Assembly: GCA_000708835.1 (NCBI GenBank)
Contig: DF237513.1
Coordinates: forward strand, 1-58,155
Origin: Klebsormidium nitens
Taxonomy: Eukaryota; Plantae; Klebsormidiophyceae
Direction of reading: 5' to 3'
DNA: 58,155 bases
In this document: piece by piece, positions 1-15,943 of the stretch
Layout of the letters: each line of letters begins with the position of its first letter
How positions within the stretch are numbered: position 1 is the stretch's first letter
The notes under the pieces: generated by a model
Database searches by the model: none
Told to the model about the DNA's origin: nothing
Seen by the model: the letters and a program-made list of their open reading frames with translations, nothing else
Translations under genes and position numbers: made by a program

Positions 1-1032
1 GTGGGGGCGGTAACCTAGGCATTTTGATGAAGGGGGGGCCTGAGGCTTCGCAAGTTCGCATACGGTACTCCATTGACTGTGAGTACGGTATTATTGCAAC
101 ATGCCGCAGGTCCATACCTGCGTTGTACCGTTCGTTCAAACGTCATGCGCCCGGGTTTGCTAAAAGCTAGGCCGGCCGGTGGGGTGAAATGGCCGGGGCC
201 TCTAGCTTGCCGGGGGGCAGCCCCGGACCGGGTAGTTATTCGAACGTTGTAGCCAGGCCGGTGGGTGGAAATTACACATGCAGGACATGTACCGTACCGG
301 ACCCGGTTGGCAGCTTCCGGCAGTGCTTCTGGGTGAGCGGGGTCAAGGAGAATCAGTATTATTTGGGGACAGGGGCAAGCAATTCTGCGGTAACCCTGGG
401 GTTACGTAAGTCAAGGATAGGTACTGTTGTGAATTGTGAACGGCGAGTGTTCAGTGGGGGGTGGGGTTCGAGGCCTGCCCGCCGTGCCCGGCCCTGATCT
501 GAAAAAGTGTACGGGGCGCGCCCCGCCCGCATCGAAAGATATACCTACCCCGGTCCCCGCTGCCACCTCAACAATGGATCGCGGCGCCCCGGCTAGGAAC
601 TTAGTAAGGGCTATCAAGGTACCGACGGTACGGTATGACGGTATACGATGTAGGTAGGTACATCATAACCCCACCTCCCAGGGGCCAGGAGTCTCGTGAC
701 TCGTGGGTACCTAAGACCGGTAGACCGTAGGCCACATGCGTACTAGGTCGGTACTAGGTACCCAGGTACTTCCACAAGTACAAGCAGGCCGCATGCGCCA
801 AGTTGTGGCGCAGTAGCTTCCAAAGAATCTTAACGGCTTTTGCCATCCCTGTGGATCCAATCAGAACGCCCAGTTTAGATCCGGCCCCACCTGCATTTGG
901 ATCTTGAGTCTTGACGTCATAATGAATCAGCCTCTGGGGAGCCGGCGGGGCGGCCCTCGCCGCGGGCTTCCGAGCAGCCTGCAAGCCTGAGGGCCGCCGC
1001 TCCCTGAGGGCAGTCGCAACGGTGTATGGTCA

Positions 1033-1467
1033 TATTCGCACCTGAACGATTTCAACTTTTCCTGTGGATCTTTTCTTGCCGCTTTTCTTGTGACTACGGC
1101 CAGAAAAGGGAAGAAAAGACCGGTTATTCGCATCGGGCTAGCTGTATTCTGCTCAAGTGTGTTCTGCCCGGCCCGACAGCCGTGATCTGACGGCTAGAAA
1201 TGGCTTTGATTTTCGCACCGGACGGCGTCGATGAATGCGAAGTCGACCATACGGGGGTGGGTGGGTGGGGGGTGGATAGCATATAAGCAATATATCGCAC
1301 AAGGACCGGCAAGAAAAGCCGCCACAAGAAGACAAGAAAAAATTGCCTGTCAGTTTTCTATGTCCAATTTTCTTGCTGTCGAGACTGGAAATGGACAGAA
1401 TCGGCGAAAACTCGCAAGAAACTCGCGAGAAAAGAACAGATCGGCCGGAAAATGTTAGGTGCGAATA
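1033..1467. mobile_element. Candidate MITE-like foldback element
   Basis: Perfect 11-bp inverted repeat TATTCGCACCT (1033-1043) / AGGTGCGAATA (1457-1467). Imperfect inverted similarity continues ~60 bp inward (TTTTCC..GATC..TTTTCT..TTTCTTG). Terminal TA on both sides could be a TA target duplication. No ORF. Confidence 0.4.
1253..1272 (+). other. Canonical G-quadruplex motif
   Basis: GGGGG-T-GGG-T-GGG-T-GGGGGG: four G-runs with 1-nt loops. Confidence 0.6.
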
Positions 1468-1575
1468 CCCTCATCGATATAGAACCCTTTTGGTAGAGTC
1501 GAGAAGTCGAGCATAGACCAAGATGCAGAGCTCTCGGTCTAAGAAAAACACACACTTCATGCATACATGTATGCC

Positions 1576-2179
1576 ATGAGAAGCCTATGGCCTATTTGGC
1601 TACGGCGAGTACGAAAAGAGACCATCACTGCCATCAGCGTATCCATTGAACTGAGTTGGCTTGGGGGCCTACCTATCCTATATATCCTAGTACCATACCG
1701 ACTTACGGTCAGAAGTTAGAACGGGCCTATGGCAGGCCTATAGCAACTCCATCACGTTGTTTCCCAACACGACTCCGCGATAACTCTCGTGTGACCTAAG
1801 AGCCGTGTGACCTATTAAGATAGGCACCCGGGGGACGGGTGGAGTTTCGGAGTTGGTATGGTGGTTAGGGTGGGTTGGGATCGGAGCGGGTGATTACCTA
1901 TTTGCGTTATCTGGGATTAGGGTTTTTTAGTTCTTCGAGTTGCCCGGGGTTTCTGAGGGTTTGGAGCCAAGCCCCTTAGGAGACTGGGAGTTGCTAGTAC
2001 CCCTCTAGTAAGGCTGCAGAAATGTTTTTACAAGCTGTTTTGTCCACGTTTTGTCTTGTTTTGTATATTATCATCTGGCATCGCGACGTGCGAGTCGCGT
2101 GCATGATGAGAAGCCTGTGGCCTACCTATTTGGCTAGAGTTTGGCTACGACTCTACGACGTATTTGAAAGGAGACCATC
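1576..2179 (+). repeat. Two-copy degenerate direct repeat (1576-1626 and 2106-2179)
   Basis: Both copies read ATGAGAAGCCT[A/G]TGGCCTA..TTTGGCTA..GAAA.GAGACCATC. Copy 2 has internal duplications of CCTA and TTTGGCTA. Confidence 0.8.
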
Positions 2180-3734
2180 GTCTAAGGTAATGATTGATAG
2201 CTTGCGACTACGCTAGTCTTGCAACAATGCATAGTACGGTATACCAGCCTCATCACAGCATGGGTCCTATCTTTTGTCACGCTGTCAATCCTGATCACCG
2301 GCCTAGGGGCTAGCCTATAGAGCGCATGTTTTAAGGTAGCCATGGTCGTGGGCGTACCCGGCTATTACTGGTTAAGTTCCTAGTCACACATATTATATAC
2401 ATGCACACACACCGCACACACACACCCACACAAGTGATGATCGAGACCCGCTCACCAGCAAGAAGGTCGAGGAAGAATGATACCTTGAGATCATACAATA
2501 GACACGGTCGAGGACGACCGATGTACTCAATGATATCATACGGTAGACCGTTTCACCGAAGAGAGCTGTTAATTTGTGGTACCGTTGGGAGGTAGAGGAA
2601 AGGAATTAGACGTTAGGGAAACATATTCACGGTAAGAGTTGGATTCACGCAATCCAGATTCACCTCCGAAGCTAGCGCTACATATAAGCGTGCCACAATG
2701 ATGGTAACTTCCAATTTATTAACGCCCTTAGCCGCCATGGCCGTGGAGCACGGTCTCCGGCGCGGCCGGGAATTTGTTTTTTGACTCCGCAACTTGCTAC
2801 GGCTACGAGTCATGTCCAGCAAGATATGCAAACCCTTATGCTACATGGACGCTAACAAGCAATTCAAGTAGCATGCATGGTGTGCCACTCGAACATGGCG
2901 TTGTGCGGAGCATGTAATGTTTGTTAGTATGCAACGGACTCGAGTGAGACTATGAGCCTATGGTACTCGGACGTCCGAATCACTACATCCGAGTTGGCCC
3001 GATACATCGGAGCGCTTCGACTAGGTGACTACTCCTTGTCCTTGCCCTTGCGGAAGCGGTTGTGGATGATCATTGGATGCAATCGATCTACTGCTGGAGC
3101 AATGTAACCGACCGCATATTGGGTACATAACCCGCATGTACAACTAGTTCATGCCTGCCCTAGACAGACGGTATCCACCTTGTGAATATCGAAGAGATAT
3201 CACTTGACAAAATGCACATAAATACCGTTTAAAGGAGCACAGCACTGGACACGGCGTATGAGGAGCGCCTCAATCGATCATACGAAGTCACGTCAATTGA
3301 TCGAACGGAGTCATATCAATCAACAATCCATTGAGCACAGGCGTACAATCTAAGGCGCACATTATACGAATGGCAGAGCCGGAAGCATTCTCACCATTTG
3401 CGGTCCCCAAGATAGCAAGAATGATTCTGTCTGAAGAACAAGTCAGACACTTGTTCCGTCTTCCATGCTTCATTACGAAATAGCTCTCAGATGAAGGGCA
3501 TGGTGATTACCATATACCATGAGAATCATGAATAATCCACATGCCAAGAAGCAGAAATGGACGCTAATATGTTACCTCAAAGCGGCATCCAATTCAATGA
3601 AAGGTCCTGCTAACTGACTACGTACACTGTAGTTAGTTTTGAGTCCTTTCCTTCTGCTATTTGTTTAACTTGCAAACCTAAGCTCTACTTTGGCTAAGTC
3701 CCGAGAAACGTGTTCTGTGACTCCCACAAGCTTT

Positions 3735-4019
3735 GCCCAGCAGAGCTACCGCAGACAGAGGTTTGCTTAAGATTAGGCATGTGACACGCAGAATGGGTTG
3801 CAACAGCAGCTGCAAAGCCTTCGTCTCACTGCAAGGTTAAAACCAACGAAACCACTGCACAACCTAGCACGTCATTTCTTCTGAGCCGAGCTGAGGATCT
3901 TCTTCATACCTGAAAAGAGGAGCAGGAGGTTGATGAGTCCGGAAGCCTTCAAGTTGATTGCAGTCAGAATGCACCCAGGCGAAATGGTATCCAACTGCAG
4001 AGCGGTAGCTCTGCTGGGC
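3735..4019. repeat. 18-bp perfect inverted repeat pair
   Basis: GCCCAGCAGAGCTACCGC (3735-3752) and its reverse complement GCGGTAGCTCTGCTGGGC (4002-4019). Confidence 0.85.
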
Positions 4020-4685
4020 CAGGCGACGGAGAGACTTGTTAGTGCGTTTGCTGTTTCTGAGCTCTTTTAATTGTTGCTCTATAGTTGGGCTAAGTTCTCC
4101 AAATGACAATTGTTCAAATGTCTTCAGCTCAAGTGCTACAGTGCCCGCACTGAGCTGACCGGGCAGAGTGCCAGAGCCGTGAAGTCATCTAGTCAGTCAA
4201 ACCAGCCAGTTCATTTAGTGTCACTCCATGATCAGTGCAGACTCAAATCGTGCACGGGAAGCAAAGTAGGAAGATTCGAGGAGCCTGCGCAGGGTTTAAG
4301 GCCGGCGCATTCTGCGCGCCGGGGTTCAATGCGCAGCTGTGCAGCTGTGCGTCATCAGAGGCGACGACGTTCTCGGCCGCGCTCATCTGAGGCGGCAGCG
4401 GTCGGAGCTGCCGCCGTCGACATACTTATAAGTTCAATAATGCACAGAGCAGAGAACGAGCCTTGAAAGACAATTGTTGCATAATGCAACCTTAACAGAA
4501 AGTGAGCTGCGTCAATTCCGGGAGCAAGAATTTGAATCAGAGACTGTGTCGACACGACGGCGCCGTCGCGACACGCGTCGGACTCAAGCGAGAACTCGGA
4601 AACTGAAAATGCTCGCGCACAGAGTACAATGGCCGTACGATGAAAATGCGACGGTCAAAAATGTTCGATGAACTCTCGAACCTTC

Positions 4686-4694
4686 AAACCCTAG
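4686..4694. promoter_or_regulatory. Telo-box-like motif AAACCCTAG
   Basis: Motif match only. Lies downstream of the gyrB stop, with no assigned gene. Confidence 0.25.
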
Positions 4695-5089
4695 CACTGT
4701 CTGCGGCCGCCGTTGATCGCCGCTGGCAGCTAGCTTATACTATAATTGTAACTAAGCTCGGTTTACTGGCACCGCAAAGTCTGACAATCAATCAGACAAG
4801 GGGTCTTCATACTTTGCATCGTTCAGTGTTAATAAAAATATCGAGCACGGCGTATCAGGAGCGCCGCAATTGAGTAGGTACTTGCATCTTATTTCGAGTA
4901 CGAGAAATGGATCTCAACTTGAAGCTCCATTCACCAAGCTGTTGGTGGTCATTCAATTGTACCAAGTGCACGCTTCTGTATTAGAATCTTAACGCGATTC
5001 AGTGATTGACGATAGCTGCTGAAACACGAATGCGTTGACCACGACGTAACGAACGTCGCCTCCCTGATATCTTCCAAATTAGATAAGCC

Positions 5090-10561
<5,472 letters not shown>

Positions 10562-13500
10562 ATGACGGCCTCAAGCCCGTCAAGTTTTTGCGGCTCGCTT
10601 GCTTTTCCAGCAATCAACATCTTGTTTGCAGGATCCCATGGACACTCTTGTGACCTGCATTCCACTTTCATCACTTCTGCCACATGGCCTGATCTAAAGG
10701 TCATCCTCCACAAACAGTTTGTTTTTAAGCAAGGGCGGGAATTGCGCTATGTTTCTGGATTCGACTATAAGACGAGACAATGTCTTCTGCGTTCAGCAGA
10801 GATTTTTTGCACGAGTCGAGACATTTCCAAAGCCGATTGCCCGCACTTAGGGTCTCGACCCTCCCAAGCCCTCCGCTTGCAGTCCAAGGCTGTAGCCAGC
10901 GAGCGGTGCTCTGACATGAGCCCCACAGACTCGACGGGCCTCACCCTATGTGAGCCTGAAGAGAAGTCTGTCCAGCGGGGCAGAGTGTTGGCAATAGGGA
11001 TGGGCACAGCGGGGGGTAAGATGGTGGCCCACATTGGGGACTGCCTGGCGCAGCAGTCACGCGCGGAGTTTGACGCGGTGGAACTGTGGGCTATGAACAC
11101 CGACGTGCAAGCATTGAGGGACACTCACGCTCCACACCATCTACAATTGGGCAGTGAGCTGACCAAGGGCCTGGGTGAGTCGCCAGGGTGGTTGCAAAGG
11201 GCGCTGGGCGAGGTGGGCAATTTGAACCTGTAAGGTCATCTTGGACCGATCGAGCTCCTCCAGAAATTTCTCGCTCCCCCCGAGAAGTTAAGAATGTTTC
11301 ATAGGAACTGTCTACTTGCAATAGGGAGGTTGATGACTGGCTCACCCACCTCCTGTCCTCCACTCAGGCACTGGCGGCGACCGCACTGTGGGGGCGCAGG
11401 CTGCAGAAGTCTCCGCCGCCGCCATTGCGGAGGTGGTGGGGGGCCGGCCGGGGGTGTGCTTCGTCATCTGTGGCGCGGGAGGGGGCACGGGGGGCGGTGC
11501 CTCTCCGCTGGTCCTGAGTGCCGCGCGGGCGGCTGGCCATTTGGCTGTGGCCGTGGTCACATTGCCCTTCAGCTTTGAGGGGCAACGGCGGCTGCGACAG
11601 GCCCGCGCCTCACTGGCGGCGCTGCAGGGAGCGGCTGACGTGGTGTTCGGTGAGGGGCTGGCCAGGCGCTCTTGTCGGCACTTTGGGCCAGACAAGATGA
11701 GGTTGGGGGCTTGGGGGGGCTTTCTGATTTGGTATGTCTACGTCCGACCATGTGGTCCACTTTGACTTGTGTCAAGTTTGTAGTTCTCACCCCTCCTTTC
11801 CTTTGTTGCAGCCATCGACCAGGATGCATTCCTGCAGCAGCGCCAGGACCTGTCCATGACGCAGGCGGCCAGAATGGCGGCCGACCTGGCGCTGCACGCG
11901 ACGCGCGGGATCACAACTTGCCTCCAGGTGAAATCTTATTCCTGCAGAAGACGGGACGGGCAGGCAACCATGCTTTGACTTGAGCACTTCAATCCTCTGA
12001 CATGACCATTCATTAGCGCCCTGCCTAGCATGACGCATGCCGCCAGCTTCGGCAAGAATCGCCAGCACCTCGGGTCTGACTTTCGGCGCCCCTATCCTGT
12101 CCTCAGGCCGAGGCCGCTTCTCCCCCAGCCCAGCCCGCCAGCTTGTCCCGCTCGCTGCTTCAGAGGGGCGTCGTCCAGGTGGGTTGCTCTCCCACCCACG
12201 AGCTGGTCCCTCCTCAACACACTGCCTCACAGAGGACCTCCTCAACAGCTGTCACTAGCCTCCCAAGCGAAGGGCCCCGGCTGACCCTTCTGTCTGGGCC
12301 TGCGTGCAGATGCTGAGGGCATCCGGGCGGGCTGTTGTGGGGCACGCTGAGGGCGCCACCCCCGTGCGGGCCCTTCTGGCAGCGCTCCAGGCGCCGGGGC
12401 TGGGCAGCCTGCACATGGTGAGACTCCCATCATCCGTCCCAGACGTCTCTTACCCCAGAATGGTCATTCAAGTCACATCACGCTAGGCAAATTGGGGGCC
12501 CACAGGAAATGGGCCCCCAACCTCTGGTTGCTGCCTGGTTGACCGGCTCTTGGCAGATCCCCACCTGGTCTGACTCCAGGTCGTGAGCCCGACAGTGTCG
12601 TCCGTGGTGCAGTTTGCGAGCAGCGTGGTGTGCGTCCTGAGCAGTGCGGCCCCGCTGAGCCCGGCCCAGGTGCGGGACGCCCGCGCCAGCGCACAGGCGC
12701 TCACGGGCGGGCGCATTCCGCTGGTGGTGGCCACACGCCAGGACGCAACGGCAGCAGCAGTGGGCGCCACCGTCATCCTCACAGGGTGTGTCCCCGCGCT
12801 CGTCCCACTGGTCGAGGCATAGCCACGAGTCTTTTGAGTCTGCAGCCTGCGAGACATTTGTGCAACTCGACTATTCCTCCTGGACTTCTCCCGCAGTTCT
12901 CCTCCAAGCCCTTGAATTTAGATTGTGATCGCGGGCATATTTTGACTCATGTTTCCCGCCTGTGTCTCTGCAGGCTGCCACACGAGCTGGCGGAAGCCCC
13001 CGCTGCCTCCACCGCTGCCGCTCGCCCACCGCCCCCCCAAGCACCACTGCCACCCCTGGCAGCGCGAGTGAAGGCTGCCCCCGTCACGCCTGGCCTTCAG
13101 GCATCGGCAACTGCACAACGGCAAAAGCCGAACAGAGAAACTGTTACTCAGGCAAGCTTGACGTCTTCCTCCTCGAAAACGCGTGGGAATGCTGCTACCA
13201 AGCAAGCCGTTGCGTCGGAGACACGGCAAAAGGACGGCGCGCGCTTGCCCCCTCCACCTGGCAGGATTAGGGTCTGGTCAGCAGGGGGCACGAGCGTTGA
13301 CGAGCTTTCCAGCCAGCCGAAGGCACAAGACATGCACGGAGACAAGGAGCCGCTGGAAGGGCAAGCGGGGGTACTGGAACCATACAGCAGCATACTGGAT
13401 GGCCCTCGTAATGGGGGCTACGCTGCCCCCCACAAACGGTCAGAAGAGTCGCCGCGACCCCAAGAGCGAGACTCAGGCCAAGGATCGCGACCTGGGGCCG

Positions 13501-15943
13501 ATGCGATCCACGTGGATCGCGAAGCTGGGCGAGAGAGCAATGGTGCTCAAGCTGCGGGTCAAAAGGATGAGCGGGGAACCGCGGCTCCTCGAGAAAAGCT
13601 GTTGGACCAACTGTCGGCAGCAAAGAGTAACGGCACGCCCAACACCCCGGTTCAGGGAGTCGGACCGGTCGGAGCCCCAGCAGATGCCCGCAGGCAGACA
13701 GGGCAGAACGGGAGGGCAGGGATGTCAGTGGAAAACGAGAGCCAGGGGGGGGGCGCGCAGGCAGAGACGAGGGCGGGGGCGCAGGGGGCCACCAGGGAAC
13801 AAGACCACGACAGGGCGAGGAGCTTCACCGCCGCATCTCCCTCGAGGAGCGATGCAACGCAGGGGCCTGCGCAGGCAGCGTGGACCCAGTCGAGGCGAAG
13901 GCCAGAGAGCCTGTCGTCGCCCGCGGCAAGAGCGCAACCCACGGAGCGACTCGGGGCGGGACAGGGCGCGGGGAGCAGCCCCGCCGACCAGCTGGACGGT
14001 GCTGCGGCCGCGCACGCTGCCGCGCTGCAGTGGTGGCGGGAGGTGGTGGAGGCGCACGCGGAGGACAGCACAGACGACGCAGGGGAAGGACCGGACGAGG
14101 ACGACGAGGGCGTGCGGGCGGATCCCGAAGAGGGCAGCGCAGCGAGCTCGGTCTCGTCGCGGGCGCGGGCGATCCTGGTGAGCATGCCTGGGGACGCGCT
14201 GGCGCTTGCGGCAACATGGCCGGGAAGCTCCATGCAGCTGACCCCTTGTTTGATTATCAGTCTTTGTCAGAATCTTCCTAGCCACGGTCTTCTTTGAAGT
14301 TTGCGCAAGGTCAGTCGAGGGTAGGACTAGCTTGTTCGAACAGTTAAGCTATGACTCACTTAGTCATGTGGCAGTACTGAAAACAGAGCTCGTGCAAGCT
14401 GGAGTATGTGGGTCGTCGTTGGAGGCAATCGCTCCGTTCATGGTTCAATCATTCGTACCTCCAGTTATTGGTGACTTACTTCCGCTGCTTGCGGGCATAT
14501 GCTCCAGCTCCGCGTCCGTTAGCGTGAGTTTGATCCTGGAATTGGACACGCGCAGCGGAGGGTGGGTGGATTGCGGGGCACACTCGTATGTGTTTTGGCG
14601 CCCCCCTCACAGCCGGATTGAATTCACGCAGGAAGGACTATTGTATGTCAACAATCCGTTTTCACATAACTGACGAGTACTAGTATAGTAGTACCTTGGA
14701 CTTTCCTCGCTGGTCCCAGGCCGGCTTTCGACAGAGACCAAGGCCTCTCCTAAGTTTCGTATTCAACGGCTGCCTTTCCAATCCGTTCTTCTCTTGTTTG
14801 TCTGCCTGTGCCTCCGTCTCTCACCTCGTGTCCCTGTCCCCCCCCAGGCCCGCGAGCGCGACCAGGAGCGCTACCGGCAGGTGCGCGGGCGGCAGGTGCT
14901 GCCAGATGGCAGCGAGTACGAGGGCCACCTGGCAGCCGGCCAGCCCCACGGACACGTGAGCCTCTCATCTCCGCTGCCTCTTCTCTCCAGCCAGCCGGCT
15001 TCAATTGCGACTGTATCCACGTATCTCTCCCATCATGGCCTCTATCATCGCTCATGGCTTGTCAGTCGCCGTGAACTTGGCGAGGATTATTTTGATTGAC
15101 TCGTAACACCAGGAGCTGACATGACCTTGCCATAGCCTAAAATTGTTCTGTGCTTTTGGCACCACGACCCCCGCCTCCTGCGTCGCTTGGTTGTCGCCCT
15201 CGTCTGTGCGCCCGCCTGAGCGGCCGCCGTCCCCGCCTGCCTGCTGCTCGCAGGGCCGATGCGCGTACCCGGGCGGTGACGTATATGAGGGGGCGTGGAA
15301 GAACGGCGAGCGGCATGGCTGGGGCCGTCTCGCCGAGGCCTCCGGTGACGTGTACGAGGGGGACTGGAGGCACGGCCACCGCCACGGCAAGGTACACCCT
15401 ACCCGACGTTGCCGCACCGTCGGGCCTTCTGCCACAGGGCCTGAGTCGTGCTCGGAAAACCGGTCGCACACTGGTTATCCCACGGGCTCCCCGTCACACT
15501 TTTAGTCAAGAGCGCAGAGGTGCTTCGTTCAAATGTGCTACAGCTTGCAAGAGAGCCCCCGCTCACGTCTGCGCGCTGCCGTGCAGGGCCGTGTGGAGTA
15601 CGCGGATGGGCACGTGCTGAGCGCGCGCTTTGTGGGCGGGCACGTGCACGGGCCGGCCATCATCGCGTTCCGGCAGGGGAGCACCTTCTACGGCGCCTTC
15701 GCCTTCAACCGCCGCCAGGGCGTCGCTGTGACAGTGGACGCAAACGGCAAGCGGTACGGCGGCGGACTTTGTGGGAGCACAGAGCGTTTCTGCAGCCAGG
15801 TGTCGGGTGATTCCGCTGTTGTCGTGTTGGATCAGGGTAGCACTGCTCATGCCTTTTCCTATGTTTTTGCCAGCTTTTGCTGACTGCCACTGGTTGTTTG
15901 CAGTGAGTGGGAGGTGTGGGAGCACGGCCAACGGATCTCTTGA
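10562..15943 (+). CDS. ARC3: ARC3-like chloroplast division protein (FtsZ-like domain + disordered middle + MORN repeats); 11 exons, ~997 aa
   Basis: Exons 10562-11174, 11368-11649, 11812-11927, 12134-12178 (uncertain), 12310-12417, 12613-12785, 12974-14177, 14848-14955, 15254-15391, 15587-15753, 15904-15943 (2994 nt). FtsZ motifs: VLAIGMGTAGG, NTDVQAL, GAGGGTGGG, TLPFSFEG. MORN repeats: YEGHLAAGQPHGHG, YEGAWKNGERHGWG, YEGDWRHGHRHGKG. The FtsZ+MORN chimera defines ARC3. Start codon uncertain. Confidence 0.9.
12492..12520. repeat. Perfect 11-bp stem / 7-nt loop hairpin in an ARC3 intron
   Basis: TTGGGGGCCCA-CAGGAAA-TGGGCCCCCAA. Confidence 0.85.

Larger units (their letters stand above)
1..3200. 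repeat. Non-genic, degenerate repeat/TE-like region
   Basis: No recognisable protein. Contains short direct and inverted repeats, recurrent GCCTAT/GTAC/CATG motifs and TpA enrichment, unlike the gene block. Element family not identifiable by eye. Confidence 0.45.

Noticed and set aside
221-250. Inverted similarity between 221-245 and 57190-57212 as the ends of one giant element
   Set aside because: Only short shared words (GGACCG, GTTATTCGA); too weak to support a 57-kb element enclosing nine core genes.
900-930. IHYDVKT as a protein-kinase catalytic loop
   Set aside because: No following xxN, DFG, APE or VAIK motifs.
1865-1922. TTAGGG hexamers as a telomere or interstitial telomeric array
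   Set aside because: Only two isolated units, not tandem.
3040-3140. HAGYVP / HNRF peptides as a PPR-DYW fragment
   Set aside because: They are in different frames, very short, and lack HSEKLA and CxxC motifs.
4225-4360. C/D snoRNA on the minus strand (CTGATGA...CTGA)
   Set aside because: Box C lacks the purine, there is no terminal stem, and I recognise no rRNA-complementary guide.
10562-12822. Stand-alone FtsZ gene plus a separate MORN/PIP5K-like gene
   Set aside because: The exons splice in one frame through to the MORN repeats, giving the ARC3 architecture; neither part has its own complete start and stop.
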